Of a stretch of 64,000 bases of DNA, positions 1 through 11,562 are shown piece after piece. This DNA is from Nitrospira japonica. GTDB taxonomy: Bacteria; Nitrospirota; Thermodesulfovibrionia; Thermodesulfovibrionales; SM23-35. The stretch lies in contig DYFC01000032.1 of assembly GCA_020725385.1 (NCBI GenBank), positions 1 through 64,000 on the forward strand, read 5' to 3'. A model generated the notes under the pieces. It did not search any database, was not told the origin of the DNA, and worked only from the letters and a program-made list of their open reading frames with translations. Every line of letters starts with the position of its first letter. Position 1 is the stretch's first letter. The position numbers and the translations under genes are program-made.

Positions 1-69
1 ACGTACACTAAGGTATCGAAAAATAAATTTTTTCGCAACATCTGCATTACTTCAAATGAATTTTTCGGG

Positions 70-1473
70 TTAACCTATTTCTTTTATAGCATCTTCTATT
101 CTTTTAATAGTTTTTTCTTTACCAAGAATATTTATTACTTCAAAAATCCCGGGGCTTTCGGACTTTCCTGTTAGTGCTACCCTGACAGGTTGTGCAATAC
201 TTCCCAGCTTTACATTATATTTTTCAGAAATTGATTTAAATATATTCTCCAGAACTTGAATTGAAAAATCCTCTGTATTTTCGAGGGTTTCTTTTGTATC
301 TTCTAAAAACTTAAGGTTTTCAGGTTTTAAAAATTTGGATTTTGCTTTTGGATTGTATTCAACTTTTTCTGTTATATAAAAATTCAGGGATTCAGCAAGT
401 TCATCGAGTGTCTTGACTCTCTCCTGCAAAGTGACAACCGCTTTTGAAAGCCATTTTTTATCAATATCTTCCTCTTTCTTTATTATTTCTTTCTTTAGTA
501 AAAAAGGAATAACAAGTTCAACAAGTGTATCAGGAGATGTCTTCATTATATATTGACTATTAAGCCAAAGAAGTTTTTCAGGATTAAATACAGCAGAGGC
601 TTTCCCAACATGTTCAAATGAAAAATATTCAATAAGCTCTTCTCTTGAGAAAATTTCCTGATCTCCATAGGACCATCCAAGTCTTACAAGATAATTAGAC
701 AATGCTTCGGGAAGATAACCCATATCTCTGTATGCTATAACTGAAGTAGCTCCGTGCCTTTTGCTCAGCCTTGTTTTATCAGAGCCAAGAATCATTGGAA
801 GATGTGCAAAAACAGGTGTCTTATAACCAAGCGCATCGTAAATATGAATCTGTTTGGGAGTGTTATTGAGATGATCATCACCTCTAATAACATGTGTAAT
901 ACCCATATCTACATCATCAACAACAACAGTAAAATTATATGTTGGTGTGCCATCCGAGCGCATTATAATAAGGTCATCAAGCTGGGAATTTTCAAAGCTA
1001 ACCTCTCCTTTAACCATATCTTTTACAACAATAGTTCCTTCCTGAGGCATCTTAAACCGTATCGCCGGTTTTTTGTCAGATATAGGTTTATTTAAACCAA
1101 GACATCTACGATCATATTTTGGAGATTTTCCTTCAGAAATAGCCTTTTTACGCCTATCTTCAAGTTCTTCAGGAGAACAGTAACAATAATAAGCTTTTCC
1201 TTCTGAGACAAGTTTTTCGGCGTATTTTCTGTAAATCTCGAATCTGTCAGTCTGTCTGAAAGGTCCTTCATCCCAGTCAAGCTTTAGCCATTTCATTCCT
1301 TCCATGATTGAATCAATATATTCTTCGGTAGAACGGCTTCTGTCAGTATCTTCAATCCTGAGGATGAAAACACCTTTATTATGTCTTGCGAAAAGCCAGT
1401 TAAAAAGCGCTGTCCTTGCACCACCGATATGCAAATGCCCGGTTGGACTTGGAGCAAAACGAACTCTAACCAT
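70..1473 (-). CDS. gltX: Glutamate--tRNA ligase
   Basis: [14 protein letters not shown] (HIGH) and LSKRH (KMSKS-like) motifs; 467 aa. Confidence 0.97.
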   Translation of the reverse strand: MVRVRFAPSPTGHLHIGGARTALFNWLFARHNKGVFILRIEDTDRSRSTEEYIDSIMEGMKWLKLDWDEGPFRQTDRFEIYRKYAEKLVSEGKAYYCYCSPEELEDRRKKAISEGKSPKYDRRCLGLNKPISDKKPAIRFKMPQEGTIVVKDMVKGEVSFENSQLDDLIIMRSDGTPTYNFTVVVDDVDMGITHVIRGDDHLNNTPKQIHIYDALGYKTPVFAHLPMILGSDKTRLSKRHGATSVIAYRDMGYLPEALSNYLVRLGWSYGDQEIFSREELIEYFSFEHVGKASAVFNPEKLLWLNSQYIMKTSPDTLVELVIPFLLKKEIIKKEEDIDKKWLSKAVVTLQERVKTLDELAESLNFYITEKVEYNPKAKSKFLKPENLKFLEDTKETLENTEDFSIQVLENIFKSISEKYNVKLGSIAQPVRVALTGKSESPGIFEVINILGKEKTIKRIEDAIKEIG

Positions 1474-1488
1474 TAAATCTTCTCCTTT

Positions 1489-2892
1489 TTAATCCCTTGC
1501 CTTTTTTATATCTATTTTTAAGACTTTTTTTGTATTTTCATCTATTCTAAATCTCTCATCACTTCTATGCCCGACTACCCAGACAATATCTTCTCCGCTT
1601 GTTAATATAGGTATCCTGTCTCTTTCATCTCTCGGTATTTTTAAATCAACAAAAAAATTCTGAATCTTCTTTCTCTTGCCAAAACCGGATGGATAAAAAA
1701 AGTCGCCATTTTTTCTTGGTCTAATCATTAATGGCATTTTCAATCTATCCAGATCAAAGAGTCCAAAAGAAATGCCTTCTCCGAATTTATTGATACTGTC
1801 TGCTTCTTCTTTAGTAATTATTAAAGATTTTAATAAAATACCCGATTCTTTAAGATGCGTTTCACCTGGTATTTCTGCTTTATAAATGCCGAGCGCAACA
1901 GGAACTTCAGAAGTAAGTAAAAGAGTTGAATAATCTTTTATTACCCTTATACCTTTTGGAAGATATATTCTATCACCTGTTTTACCATTCTTTACGAGCT
2001 CTATAATGTCTTCTATATGAAGAAAACTTATTCCTCGCAATCCTTTTGTTTCATCAATAGCCCGCCTCAGTACTCTTCTCATAATCACTTTATCCATTAC
2101 TTCAAAAGGCGCAAGAAAAAGCTCGATCCGCTCGTTTGTTTTTCTGCTTATCATTTTCATAAGAGATTTCGTGACAATTATCTCAAAGTATCTTTCTTCA
2201 TCTCTAAATAAGGCAGCAGTTCTTGAAAGCACTGTTGTTATATCAGGGTTTATATTTTTCAAAAGAGGCATCAAAGTCAGCCTTATCCTATTTCTTAAAT
2301 AATCTTTCTTCATATTTGAAGAATCTGTTATGTAGTCAATCTTATTTTGCTCAAGAAACTCTTCTATTTCTTTGCGTTCAATTTCTATTAATGGTCTTAT
2401 AAAATGTTTGCGGACAGGAGGAATACCAGATAATCCTGTTGTTCCTGATCCCCTAAAAAGCCTCATTAAAAGTGTTTCTGCCTGATCATCAGCAGTATGG
2501 GCAAGTGCTATCCTGTCAGCCTTGATTTCCCATGCCTTTTCTTCATATGCAAAATAGCGAAGCTGTCTTGCTGCTTCCTGAATATTTAAGTTTTGTTCTT
2601 TTGCAAAATTTTTAACATCAACGGATTTTGTGAAAAATTGCGCCGAGAGTTTATTGCAGAGGTTTTTGCAAAATTCTATTTCAGATGGAGTTTCATCCGG
2701 CCGTAACATATGGTCAACATAAATAGCAAAAAGTGTAAATCTAAATTTATCCCTTAAGTGGTCAAATATATGAAGCAAAGATACTGAATCAGCACCTCCT
2801 GAGAGGCCGAGCAAAATCTTCTCGCCTCCCAAAAACATTTCATATTTTTTATTTGTAGCAAGAACGCTATTTAAAATTTTATCCGGTATCAT
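1489..2892 (-). CDS. tilS: tRNA(Ile)-lysidine synthetase (start probably ATG 2892, not 2937)
   Basis: SGGADS PP-loop, AHTADDQAET, RNRIR, C-terminal TilS domains. Confidence 0.95.
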   Translation of the reverse strand: MIPDKILNSVLATNKKYEMFLGGEKILLGLSGGADSVSLLHIFDHLRDKFRFTLFAIYVDHMLRPDETPSEIEFCKNLCNKLSAQFFTKSVDVKNFAKEQNLNIQEAARQLRYFAYEEKAWEIKADRIALAHTADDQAETLLMRLFRGSGTTGLSGIPPVRKHFIRPLIEIERKEIEEFLEQNKIDYITDSSNMKKDYLRNRIRLTLMPLLKNINPDITTVLSRTAALFRDEERYFEIIVTKSLMKMISRKTNERIELFLAPFEVMDKVIMRRVLRRAIDETKGLRGISFLHIEDIIELVKNGKTGDRIYLPKGIRVIKDYSTLLLTSEVPVALGIYKAEIPGETHLKESGILLKSLIITKEEADSINKFGEGISFGLFDLDRLKMPLMIRPRKNGDFFYPSGFGKRKKIQNFFVDLKIPRDERDRIPILTSGEDIVWVVGHRSDERFRIDENTKKVLKIDIKKARD

Positions 2893-2897
2893 TTGAC

Positions 2898-3197
2898 TTA
2901 AGAATCTTCTTGAATTTTTTTCATATATTCTTCCCATTCAAAGGGAAGAAGGTATTTCTTTTTGTTATTGCATTCCTTACATGCTGTAACTACGTTGCCT
3001 TTTGTTGTCTTCCCGCCTCTTATGAGAGGCACAAGATGGTCCATTGTTAATTCAGATGGAGAGTATTTTCTGCCGCAATAGTAGCAAGTACCTTTAGAAA
3101 GTTTTTTTTTCCACCAGCTTGTTTTTCTCAGTTCACGGGCTTTTAGTTTTTCCCTTTTTATTTCTTCTTCTGTAACTTCAGTAACAAACTCTTCCAT
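2898..3197 (-). CDS. Small HNH endonuclease-family protein
   Basis: CYYC...TMDHLVP...GGK...NVVTACKECNNKK HNH/Zn motif. Confidence 0.9.
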   Translation of the reverse strand: MEEFVTEVTEEEIKREKLKARELRKTSWWKKKLSKGTCYYCGRKYSPSELTMDHLVPLIRGGKTTKGNVVTACKECNNKKKYLLPFEWEEYMKKIQEDS

Positions 3198-3533
3198 TTA
3201 AAACATTTTGCCGAGATTCCCGAGACCTGGTAACTGAAGGCCGCCTGTTAGTTTTGACATCTCAGAATTAACCATTTCCTGGGCACGTCTTAACGCTTCA
3301 TTAACAGCTGCTATTATAAGGTCCTGAAGCATTTCGACATCATCAGGATTTACTACCTCTTTTTCGATTTTTATTGAGACAATTTCCATTGCACCGCTTG
3401 CAACAACAGTAACCATACCACCGCCTGCTGTTGCTTCAACAGTCTTTTTCTTTGCCTCTTCCTGAATCTCAGCCATCTTTGTCTGGAGTTTCTGTGCTTC
3501 ACGCATAATATCTCCGAGCATCTTTTTGGACAT
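3198..3533 (-). CDS. ybaB: YbaB/EbfC nucleoid-associated protein
   Basis: [11 protein letters not shown]...[16 protein letters not shown]; directly follows dnaX. Confidence 0.95.
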   Translation of the reverse strand: MSKKMLGDIMREAQKLQTKMAEIQEEAKKKTVEATAGGGMVTVVASGAMEIVSIKIEKEVVNPDDVEMLQDLIIAAVNEALRRAQEMVNSEMSKLTGGLQLPGLGNLGKMF

Positions 3534-3556
3534 ATTTCCTCCCTCTATAGAAAAAT

Positions 3557-5179
3557 TCAGATTGAACTTTCCTGTTTTTCAACAGGCTTTATATCAACAA
3601 TCCTGCCGTTAAATAGCTCAAGCATGTCCTTAATAAAAGGGTCTGCCATTATTTCTTCTTTAAGCTCTTTTTTATTTGTTCTTTTTTTGTCCTCTACAAT
3701 TTTTACTGCTATCTTAACTTTTGTGCCAATTTCATCGGAAAAAATTTCTTCCAGCATGGTCGAATTCTTTTTTATTGAATCCTCAAAAACTGAATAACAT
3801 TCATCAAGGGTAATATTAAGAATATTTTCCTTGAGACTGTAATTTGCCTTTGAGAGTTTTGATGCCATAGGAGGTTCCATCTTTTTTAAAGCTCTTTGCC
3901 ATATTTCTTCATTCAACAAAGCATCTTGTGAAGAATGTTGCTTATTTTCTATCTGTACCGCATGAGGCACTGAATTAGTTGGTTCGAAGCCACTATCAGG
4001 TTCTTCTATCTTAATTCCTTTCGCACTAATACCCTGTTCATTAAATTGAACATATTTATCAATGTGTTCAATTATCTCTTTTACTGGCTTCATAGTATTT
4101 AAAAAGCTTGCCTTTAAAAGAGCCATCTCAAAAGCAAGACGCGGGGAAGATGAATTTCTTATATCAATTTCTGAATCGAGCAATTCATTCATTATCAAAG
4201 TAAGTTGCTCTTCAGAAGTTTTGTGTAAAATTTCCTTTATAGATAAAATATCTTCGCCTGCTAATTCAAGAATTTTAGTTGGTTCTTTAACAACACTCGA
4301 AACGAGAAGATTACGGAAAAAGAAAATCAACTCTTTAATAAAAGACCTGAAATCTATGCCTTTGTCAACAAGTTCAGATGTTAGTCTGAATATTTCTTCT
4401 CTATTGCCTTCAATTATAGCGTTAGAAAAACCGGATAAAATATTAAATTCTGTAATACCGAGAAGATCCCGTACATCAGATTCATTAATATCGGTAGAAA
4501 AAGATGAGACCTGATCCAGAATGGTTAGAGCATCACGCATACTGCCGTCGGCAGTTCTTGCTATAATTTCCAATGCTTGTTCTGATATATTTAATCCTTC
4601 TGAGCTGGTTATCTTCTTTAGTCTCTCAAGAATTTTTAACAATGATATTCTTCTGAATGGAAGGTGCTGGCACCTTGATAGAACTGTAGCAGGTATTTTA
4701 CGTGGCGCTGTTGTTGCAAGAACAAATATCACATGTGGAGGCGGTTCCTCAAGTGTTTTCAGAAGGGCATTAAATGCAGCATCCGAGAGCATATGTGTCT
4801 CATCAATAATATAGACCTTATATCTGCCGCCAGAAGGAACATATTTAACTCTCTCCCTTAAATCACGGATGTCATTGACACTATTATTTGATGCTCCATC
4901 AATTTCCATTACATCAACAGAGGACCCCTCTGTTATTGATTTACAAAAAGAACATTTATCACAAGGCTCTGGTGTCGGTCCATTAACACAATTCAGGGCT
5001 TTAGCAAATATTCTTGCAGAGGAGGTCTTGCCAACTCCTCTTGGACCTGAAAAAAGGTAGGCATGAGCGATTCTACCCTGCTCTATAGAATTTTTTAGAA
5101 TTTTAGTAATAGTTTCCTGACCGGTCAAGTCATCAAAACTCTGCGGTCTCCATTTTCTTGCAAGAACGAGATAACTCAA
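3557..5179 (-). CDS. dnaX: DNA polymerase III gamma/tau
   Basis: [21 protein letters not shown], Cys cluster, [19 protein letters not shown]. Confidence 0.97.
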   Translation of the reverse strand: MSYLVLARKWRPQSFDDLTGQETITKILKNSIEQGRIAHAYLFSGPRGVGKTSSARIFAKALNCVNGPTPEPCDKCSFCKSITEGSSVDVMEIDGASNNSVNDIRDLRERVKYVPSGGRYKVYIIDETHMLSDAAFNALLKTLEEPPPHVIFVLATTAPRKIPATVLSRCQHLPFRRISLLKILERLKKITSSEGLNISEQALEIIARTADGSMRDALTILDQVSSFSTDINESDVRDLLGITEFNILSGFSNAIIEGNREEIFRLTSELVDKGIDFRSFIKELIFFFRNLLVSSVVKEPTKILELAGEDILSIKEILHKTSEEQLTLIMNELLDSEIDIRNSSSPRLAFEMALLKASFLNTMKPVKEIIEHIDKYVQFNEQGISAKGIKIEEPDSGFEPTNSVPHAVQIENKQHSSQDALLNEEIWQRALKKMEPPMASKLSKANYSLKENILNITLDECYSVFEDSIKKNSTMLEEIFSDEIGTKVKIAVKIVEDKKRTNKKELKEEIMADPFIKDMLELFNGRIVDIKPVEKQESSI

Positions 5180-5191
5180 GTTTGTTTCCCT

Positions 5192-5302
5192 CCAGCCTGG
5201 GAACGACTACCTCCGGCACCCAGAAAAAACGCTTACCGCTGCTTCCTTCCGGACCTGACGGGGTTCACATCCTTCTGCTGCGAAGGGCCGTACCCAGGCT
5301 GC
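5192..5302 (-). ncRNA. ffs: Signal recognition particle (4.5S) RNA
   Basis: Minus strand has GTCAGGTCCGGAAGGAAGCAGC domain IV core, closed by CAGCCTGG/CCAGGCTG stem; canonical position upstream of dnaX. Confidence 0.93.
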
Positions 5303-5314
5303 AGAAAAACAAAC

Positions 5315-5405
5315 TGGCGGAGAGAGTGGGATTTGAACCCACGGTGCGGGTTTAGCGCACACACGATTTCCAGTCGTGCTCCTTCGGCCTCTCGGACATC
5401 TCTCC
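5315..5405 (-). tRNA. tRNA-Ser(GGA)
   Basis: GGAGAGA acceptor, anticodon arm CACGA-CTGGAAA-TCGTG, long variable arm, GGTTCAAATCC, encoded CCA. Confidence 0.97.
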
Positions 5406-5626
5406 TTTCGCCCGATAATTATATAAGAATAAAAACGAAGGTCAACTATTAAGATTAAATTGAAACAGGTTATAAAATCAAGGTAGTTTATGACAAAAGT
5501 AAGAACCTTTCGGCTATTATCAATGAACCGGATAACCCGAAAATGTAGTTGGGATAATAAAGATGTTGTGAAAAAATTATTTTTCATACTTAGTTTATTT
5601 TATAAGCTGGCAATTATGAATGGACT

Positions 5627-6262
5627 TTAATAACAACAGGACTGCAATTGTCTTAGATCATCTATTATAAAATCAGCACTTGATAATTCATATCTTTCCC
5701 TGAATCCATAAGTAACTGCAACTGTTTTAATGCCTGCTTTTTTTCCTGCTTCAATATCAAAAATACTATCACCTATAATCATTGCTTGTTCGGGTTTTAT
5801 TTTCATCTTTTCGAGGACATAGAGAATTGGTACCGGAGATGGTTTAGGTTCAGGGGCTGTATCACTCCCAACAATAATATCAAAATACTTTATTAAATCT
5901 AAAATTTTTAAAATCTTTATGGATAGCTTTTCTCTTTTATTAGAGACAACTGCTTTTTTACAATTTCCAAGCATATTAAGAGCTTCTTTTACCCCCGGGT
6001 ACACAAATGAATAGTCAACGGGATGTTCTAAATAATATTGAACAAATCTCCCGACTATTTGATTAACCAGGGCTGGATTATTTTTACCTATAATTTTTTC
6101 GATAAGTCTTGTAATTCCTTCACCCACGATTTTTTTTGTTTTTTCAACAGTCAATTCTTCGTAACCATAGTCTTTTAAGGCAAAGTTAAGAGCATTGGTA
6201 ATGTCTCTACTTGTATCCACAAGTGTTCCATCAAGATCGAATATAAGCAACTTTAATGACAT
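5627..6262 (-). CDS. HAD hydrolase, phosphoglycolate phosphatase-like
   Basis: FDLDGTLVD, KPSP and IGDSIFDIEAG motifs. Confidence 0.88.
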   Translation of the reverse strand: MSLKLLIFDLDGTLVDTSRDITNALNFALKDYGYEELTVEKTKKIVGEGITRLIEKIIGKNNPALVNQIVGRFVQYYLEHPVDYSFVYPGVKEALNMLGNCKKAVVSNKREKLSIKILKILDLIKYFDIIVGSDTAPEPKPSPVPILYVLEKMKIKPEQAMIIGDSIFDIEAGKKAGIKTVAVTYGFRERYELSSADFIIDDLRQLQSCCY

Positions 6263-6321
6263 TTGAAATTATACCATAGAAGATTTACAAACATATGATG
6301 TAAATGCTATTTTTATAAATA

Positions 6322-6861
6322 ATGAAATATCTAAAGTACTATATTATTGTCTTAATAATTCTTATTCCTCTTACACCTGAAGTTTCCGGCTTTGATGGCC
6401 GGTTAAAGACTGTAGAGGCAGATCCCCGTGATATTTCAGGCAATTTCACTTTAATTGCCTATGGTGGAAGATATGCCGATGATATTGAGACCGTTGCTTT
6501 TTTGGATAAAGAAGGTGATGGATACACTCTAATACCTTATGCTCCGGATTTTGATTTTAGAATCAAAAAGGGGTTATCAGGAGAAGAAGCATTTAAGGAA
6601 TCGAAAAATTTTGTCTCATTTCATCCTGCTTTCTGGCGTTTGCAAATAAGAAGGATTATTAGCATAAATGGTGAAACTATAGGATACGAGATAAAACCTT
6701 TATATTTGCCCTTTTATTTTGGATTCAGTGATATTATTGATATTTATTACTGGCTTAAAAAAGAAGGTGAAGTAAAAGTTATGATTAAACTTTTACCTGC
6801 GATAGAGAGAATGAAGTATCATGGTGGGAATGGATTTACGTCAGGCAGCGGAGGGGATTAA
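6322..6861 (+). CDS. Exported hypothetical protein
   Basis: 179 aa ORF with hydrophobic N-terminal signal; overlaps the bioB start region. Confidence 0.7.
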   Translation: MKYLKYYIIVLIILIPLTPEVSGFDGRLKTVEADPRDISGNFTLIAYGGRYADDIETVAFLDKEGDGYTLIPYAPDFDFRIKKGLSGEEAFKESKNFVSFHPAFWRLQIRRIISINGETIGYEIKPLYLPFYFGFSDIIDIYYWLKKEGEVKVMIKLLPAIERMKYHGGNGFTSGSGGD

Positions 6862-7816
6862 AAACCTCGAAAGAAAAGTTCTGCAAGGGAATGATTTATC
6901 TGGTGAAGAAGCAAACTTCATTGCCTCAATCCCCGATGATGAGATTTTTACACTTATTGCTTCGGCAAATAATATAAGGATCCGCTTCCGTAAAAATAAT
7001 GTAAGTTTCTGCTCTATCATTAATGCAAAATCCGGCCTATGTTCGGAAGATTGTGCTTATTGTGCTCAATCTTCAAGAAGTAAAGCTAAAATAGCGATCT
7101 ACCCGTTATTGAATAAAGCCACAATAATTGAAAAGGCTTTGGAACTATATAAATCAGGGGCGAGGCGATTTTCTATAGTGACAAGCGGACGTTCTTTAAG
7201 CCCGAAGAATCTACTGGAGATTGCAGAAATTATCCCGGATATAAAAAAAATTGGACTTATACCATGTGCGAGTCTCGGTTTTTTATCAGAAGAGAATTTG
7301 AAATTTCTTAAGAAGGCAGGACTTGAACGTTATCATCACAATCTTGAAACTTCAGAGGCTTTTTTTCAGAAGATTTGTACCACCCATAGTTACAAGGAAA
7401 AGTTTGAAACTATTCGTGCTGCGTTTTCCGCGGGACTATCTGTCTGCTCCGGAGGGATTTTTGGAATGGGCGAGACATGGAATGACAGAATAGAGATGGC
7501 TTTTACCTTAAAAAGTCTTGATGTTGATTCTATCCCTTTAAATTTCCTGATCCCGATTAAAGGAACACCATTGGAAGAAAGGAAACTTTTACATCCATTT
7601 GAAGCATTGAAAATCATAAGCTTATACAGGTTTATTCTGCCGGAAAAAGAAATCAGGGTATGCGGGGGAAGACTGCAGGTACTTTCCGAATTCAGCTCTC
7701 TTGTATTTGCTGCCGGCGCTGATGGCATAATTACTGGAAATTATTTAACAACTCCCGGAAAAAAGCCGGATGAAGACTTAAATCTTATACGCTTATACGG
7801 GTTGAATTTATACTGA
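6821..7816 (+). CDS. bioB: Biotin synthase
   Basis: CSEDCAYCAQS radical SAM motif, YHHNLETS, CSGGIFGMGE, GNYLTT. Confidence 0.96.
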   Translation: MVGMDLRQAAEGIKNLERKVLQGNDLSGEEANFIASIPDDEIFTLIASANNIRIRFRKNNVSFCSIINAKSGLCSEDCAYCAQSSRSKAKIAIYPLLNKATIIEKALELYKSGARRFSIVTSGRSLSPKNLLEIAEIIPDIKKIGLIPCASLGFLSEENLKFLKKAGLERYHHNLETSEAFFQKICTTHSYKEKFETIRAAFSAGLSVCSGGIFGMGETWNDRIEMAFTLKSLDVDSIPLNFLIPIKGTPLEERKLLHPFEALKIISLYRFILPEKEIRVCGGRLQVLSEFSSLVFAAGADGIITGNYLTTPGKKPDEDLNLIRLYGLNLY

Positions 7817-8687
7817 TTAAGTGTTCTAAGAATGCTGCATAAAGCCTCGGCAGAGTTCTCTTGCGGTGGGTAGCTATATAGAATTTACGTTTCATTTTAA
7901 TATCAGAAAGTTTTATCTCCTCAAGTGTACCGTGAGTAAGTTCTTCGGAAACAGAAAACTTTGACAATATTGCAACTCCGAGCCCTGCTTTTACAGCCTG
8001 TTTTATTGAATCTGTTGAACCAAATAGCCCGGCTATCCTAATATCATCCAGGGAGATTTCTTTTTCAGTAAAGAATTTTTCAGTAACCTTACGTGTACCA
8101 GAACCATCTTCGCGTAAAACCATAGGATATTGAACCAATTCTTTCAGAGTGAGAAATTTCTTTTTAACAAAATCCGGAGCAGAGACTGCTATTAGCTCAT
8201 CTTCAACAAAAGGTGTGTATCTGATATTCTCATTGCCAAGTTTGGCTCCAACGATACCCATTAGAAGATCATGTCCGGATATTTTTTCTGAAATTTCCAT
8301 TGAATCAGAAATAATTATCTGAAAAGAAATTCCCGGGTGATGTTTCTTGAAGCCGGCCATAATACCCGGAATTAAATATACACCGGGAATAGAACTCGCT
8401 CCAATAAGTAAGTTGCCAGCGATCTCTTTTTTTATGTTTGCTATTGCTTCTTTAATGTTTGTAATTTTTTCTATCAATTCTGTTGATAAATTATATAAAA
8501 CCTCTGCTTCCTTTGTAGGGATTATATACCTGCCGAGCCTATCGAATAAGTTGCATCCCAATTCGTCCTCGAGTGCCTTAATATGATTGCTAATAGTAGG
8601 CTGGGTCAAATAAAGCTCTTCGGATGCTTTGGAAAAACTCTTATTCTTAAAAACTGAAGCAAATACCTTTAAATGATGTATATCCAT
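7785..8687 (-). CDS. LysR-family transcriptional regulator (CysL-like)
   Basis: SFSKASEELYLTQPTIS HTH; REDGSGTR substrate-binding domain. Confidence 0.93.
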   Translation of the reverse strand: MDIHHLKVFASVFKNKSFSKASEELYLTQPTISNHIKALEDELGCNLFDRLGRYIIPTKEAEVLYNLSTELIEKITNIKEAIANIKKEIAGNLLIGASSIPGVYLIPGIMAGFKKHHPGISFQIIISDSMEISEKISGHDLLMGIVGAKLGNENIRYTPFVEDELIAVSAPDFVKKKFLTLKELVQYPMVLREDGSGTRKVTEKFFTEKEISLDDIRIAGLFGSTDSIKQAVKAGLGVAILSKFSVSEELTHGTLEEIKLSDIKMKRKFYIATHRKRTLPRLYAAFLEHLISINSTRISV

Positions 8688-8880
8688 AAATAAATTTTAA
8701 CATATATAATTCTTTAAAAAAACCTTTTGTATCCGATCCTGTGGAGTTCAGGTTTGGCAATCAGGAGAATTTTAAACAGGGGGATATGATAGGTGAGAAT
8801 ACGGAAATGCCGGATGGACTTACATATACTGTCAGGAAATAATAATTGAATTAGAATTATGAAAATACCATAATATTAAA

Positions 8881-9021
8881 ATGGCTGAGTTAAAAGAAAA
8901 AATTGGCAAGATTCTAAAAACAAGCATTAAAGCTTCAGGTGCTGCTGCACGCATAGCCGCCGGGATTGGCGCTACTGTTTTGGCTTTTTTTGCCTTTAAA
9001 AAAACTAAGTCCAAAAGGTAG
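8881..9021 (+). CDS. Putative 46-aa small membrane protein (absent from ORF track)
   Basis: MAELKEKIGKILKTSIKASGAAARIAAGIGATVLAFFAFKKTKSKR*; stop 4 nt before the folP ATG. Confidence 0.55.
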   Translation: MAELKEKIGKILKTSIKASGAAARIAAGIGATVLAFFAFKKTKSKR

Positions 9022-9025
9022 AAAT

Positions 9026-9871
9026 ATGAAGCTTTCTTTTAAGAATTTTTCGATAGATTTTTCCCGGAGAACTTGCATAATGGGAGTTTTGAATGTTACT
9101 CCTGATTCTTTTTCGGATGGTGGTTTGTATTTTGAAAAATCCATTGCCATTGAACGTGCAAAAGAGATGGTTGAAGATGGTGCTGATATAATTGATATTG
9201 GCGGAGAATCCACAAGACCAGGAGCAGAACCCGTAAGTCTTGATGAAGAATTGAATCGCACGATTCCTGTAATAGAAACCCTTTCAAAAGAGATAAAAGT
9301 TCCTATATCAATAGATACATATAAATCTATAGTAGCTGAAAAAGCTATTAATGCAGGAGCATCTATTGTAAATGATATTAGCGGATTGAGATTTGATCCT
9401 GAAATGGCAGAAGTAATAGCAAAACATAAAGTGCCTGTTGTAATAATGCACATAAAAGGCACACCAAGAAATATGCAAAAAGAACCTTTTTATGAAAATC
9501 TTATTATTGAAATAAAGAATTATCTCGAGGATAGTATTAATATTGCCCTGAGTGCAGGAATTGAAAAAGATAAAATTATAATCGATCCGGGTATAGGTTT
9601 CGGGAAAACATTTGAGCATAATCTTGAGATAATTCATAAACTGTCAGAGTTCACAATTTTTGGAAGACCTATATTAATCGGTCTTTCAAGAAAAGCTTTC
9701 ATCGGTAAGATTCTGAATAATGCACTTCCCCGGGAAAGAGTTGAAGGGACTGCAGCAGCAGTTGCAATCTCCATAATGAACGGGGCTAATATTATCAGAG
9801 TTCATGATGTTAAACAGATGGCAATGGTCGCAAAAGTTGCAGATGCAATTAAAAGAATAAAGATTGAGTAA
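9026..9871 (+). CDS. folP: Dihydropteroate synthase
   Basis: MGVLNVTPDSFSDGG, DIGGESTRPG, DPGIGFGK, SRK, RVHDV. Confidence 0.97.
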   Translation: MKLSFKNFSIDFSRRTCIMGVLNVTPDSFSDGGLYFEKSIAIERAKEMVEDGADIIDIGGESTRPGAEPVSLDEELNRTIPVIETLSKEIKVPISIDTYKSIVAEKAINAGASIVNDISGLRFDPEMAEVIAKHKVPVVIMHIKGTPRNMQKEPFYENLIIEIKNYLEDSINIALSAGIEKDKIIIDPGIGFGKTFEHNLEIIHKLSEFTIFGRPILIGLSRKAFIGKILNNALPRERVEGTAAAVAISIMNGANIIRVHDVKQMAMVAKVADAIKRIKIE

Positions 9872-9873
9872 CA

Positions 9874-10284
9874 ATGAAACTATTACTTTTTTATGCTCAT
9901 TCATGGTGGTACAAAACAGCTTCTAAAAGTCTTCAATATATGCCGGATATTGAGAAAGAAGAGCATATAGAAAAAACAGCCGTGATTTTCTTACATGCTG
10001 AACTTGAAGACGAAAAGAAAGATAAAGGCCTTCTTGAGAAGCTTGTGAAAAATATTAAATGGATTGCAGGAAAGTTCGGGACAAAAAATGTAGTTATTCA
10101 TTCTTTCAACCATCTTTCTTCAAGTAAAGCATCTCCTGAATTTTCAGAACAGATAATAAAAGATGCGACAGCAAAACTTGAGAACTCTGGCTACAAAGTT
10201 ATCTGCACTCCTTTTGGTTATTTCAATGAATTCAAAATTCATGTAGGAGGAGAAAGTCTGGCAAAGGTCTTCAAGGAATTGTAG
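9874..10284 (+). CDS. Stand-alone archaeal-type threonyl-tRNA synthetase editing domain protein
   Basis: MKLLLF start, [17 protein letters not shown]...GESLAK motifs. Confidence 0.8.
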   Translation: MKLLLFYAHSWWYKTASKSLQYMPDIEKEEHIEKTAVIFLHAELEDEKKDKGLLEKLVKNIKWIAGKFGTKNVVIHSFNHLSSSKASPEFSEQIIKDATAKLENSGYKVICTPFGYFNEFKIHVGGESLAKVFKEL

Positions 10285-11551
10285 TATTTTTTATAACATC
10301 AATTCCCATATATGGCCTTAAGACTTCAGGGATTATAACGCTTCCATCCTTTTGTTGATAATTTTCAAGAATTGCAACAAGTGTTCTTCCTATTGCAAGT
10401 CCGGAACCATTAAGAGTATGCACAAACTCGGTTCCTTTTTTACCTTCACGTTTAAATCTTATATTGGCCCTTCTTGCCTGATAGTCGGTAAAATTAGAGC
10501 ATGAAGAAATCTCGCGATATTTCTGCTGTCCAGGCAGCCATACTTCAATGTCATAAGTCTTTGCAGCAGAGAATCCAAGATCACCGGTGCATAAAACAAC
10601 TACTCTATAAGGCAACCCGAGTTTCTGAAGTATCTCCTCTGCATTACTGGTTAAAGATTCAAGTTCATCGAATGAATCCTCGGGTTTTACAAATTTTACC
10701 ATCTCGACTTTGTTAAACTGATGTTGACGTATTAATCCTCTAACATCTTTTCCGTAAGAACCTGCTTCACGTCTAAAACAAGGGGTATAGGCTGTGTAAT
10801 AAATAGGAAGGTCTTTTTCATTCAATATTTCATTTCTATGTATATTAGTCACAGGAACTTCTGCTGTCGGAATGAGATAAAATTCAGGATCGACTATTTT
10901 GAAAAGCTCAGCCTCGAATTTCGGAAGCTGACCCGTACCCTGCATACTTTCTCTGTTTACAATAATTGGAGGGAAAACTTCTGTATATCCATTGGAAATA
11001 TTATTGTCAAGCATAAAATTCATAAGCGCTCTCTCAAGCTTTGCTCCAAGCCCTTTCATAATGGAAAATCTTGCTCCAGCAATTTTTGAAGCTCTCTCAA
11101 AATCTATGATTCCCAGGATTTCACCAATATCCCAGTGATTCAGGGGTTCAAAATCAAAATTTTCTGGTTCACCCCATCTTCTTATCTCAAGATTGCAGGT
11201 TTCATCTTTTCCAACAGGAACTGTTTCGTGGGGAATATTGGGTACATTTAAGAGAAAGTTTATTGTACTATCCTCAAGTAATTTTAGTTTCTCATCGAAT
11301 CCTTTAATTGTATCGGATACAACTTTCATTTCTTTTATTAGTTCTGAAGCATCTTTTTTCTGACTTCTGAGTTTTCCGATTTCTTCTGATACCACATTTC
11401 TTTTGTTTCTGAGTTCTTCGGATTTTTGTTGCAAAAGCCTTCTTTCTTCTTCTGCCTTAAGAAATTCCTCAAGACTAATATCATAATTTCTATTTTCAAG
11501 TGACTTTTTCACGAGTTCGATATTCTCTCTAACAAATTTAGGGTCTAACAT
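10271..11551 (-). CDS. serS: Serine--tRNA ligase
   Basis: [44 protein letters not shown]. Confidence 0.98.
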   Translation of the reverse strand: MLDPKFVRENIELVKKSLENRNYDISLEEFLKAEEERRLLQQKSEELRNKRNVVSEEIGKLRSQKKDASELIKEMKVVSDTIKGFDEKLKLLEDSTINFLLNVPNIPHETVPVGKDETCNLEIRRWGEPENFDFEPLNHWDIGEILGIIDFERASKIAGARFSIMKGLGAKLERALMNFMLDNNISNGYTEVFPPIIVNRESMQGTGQLPKFEAELFKIVDPEFYLIPTAEVPVTNIHRNEILNEKDLPIYYTAYTPCFRREAGSYGKDVRGLIRQHQFNKVEMVKFVKPEDSFDELESLTSNAEEILQKLGLPYRVVVLCTGDLGFSAAKTYDIEVWLPGQQKYREISSCSNFTDYQARRANIRFKREGKKGTEFVHTLNGSGLAIGRTLVAILENYQQKDGSVIIPEVLRPYMGIDVIKNTTIP

Positions 11552-11562
11552 ATAACCTCCGT

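Noticed and set aside
28-44. TTTTCGCAACATCTG matching inverted CAGATGTTGCGAAAA near 39548 as ends of a large element
   Set aside because: The interval holds core housekeeping genes and no transposase. These are more likely separate small MITE-like ends, and the first is cut by the window edge.
5158-5587. ORFs 5158-5355 and 5207-5587
   Set aside because: Shadow ORFs over the SRP RNA and tRNA-Ser.
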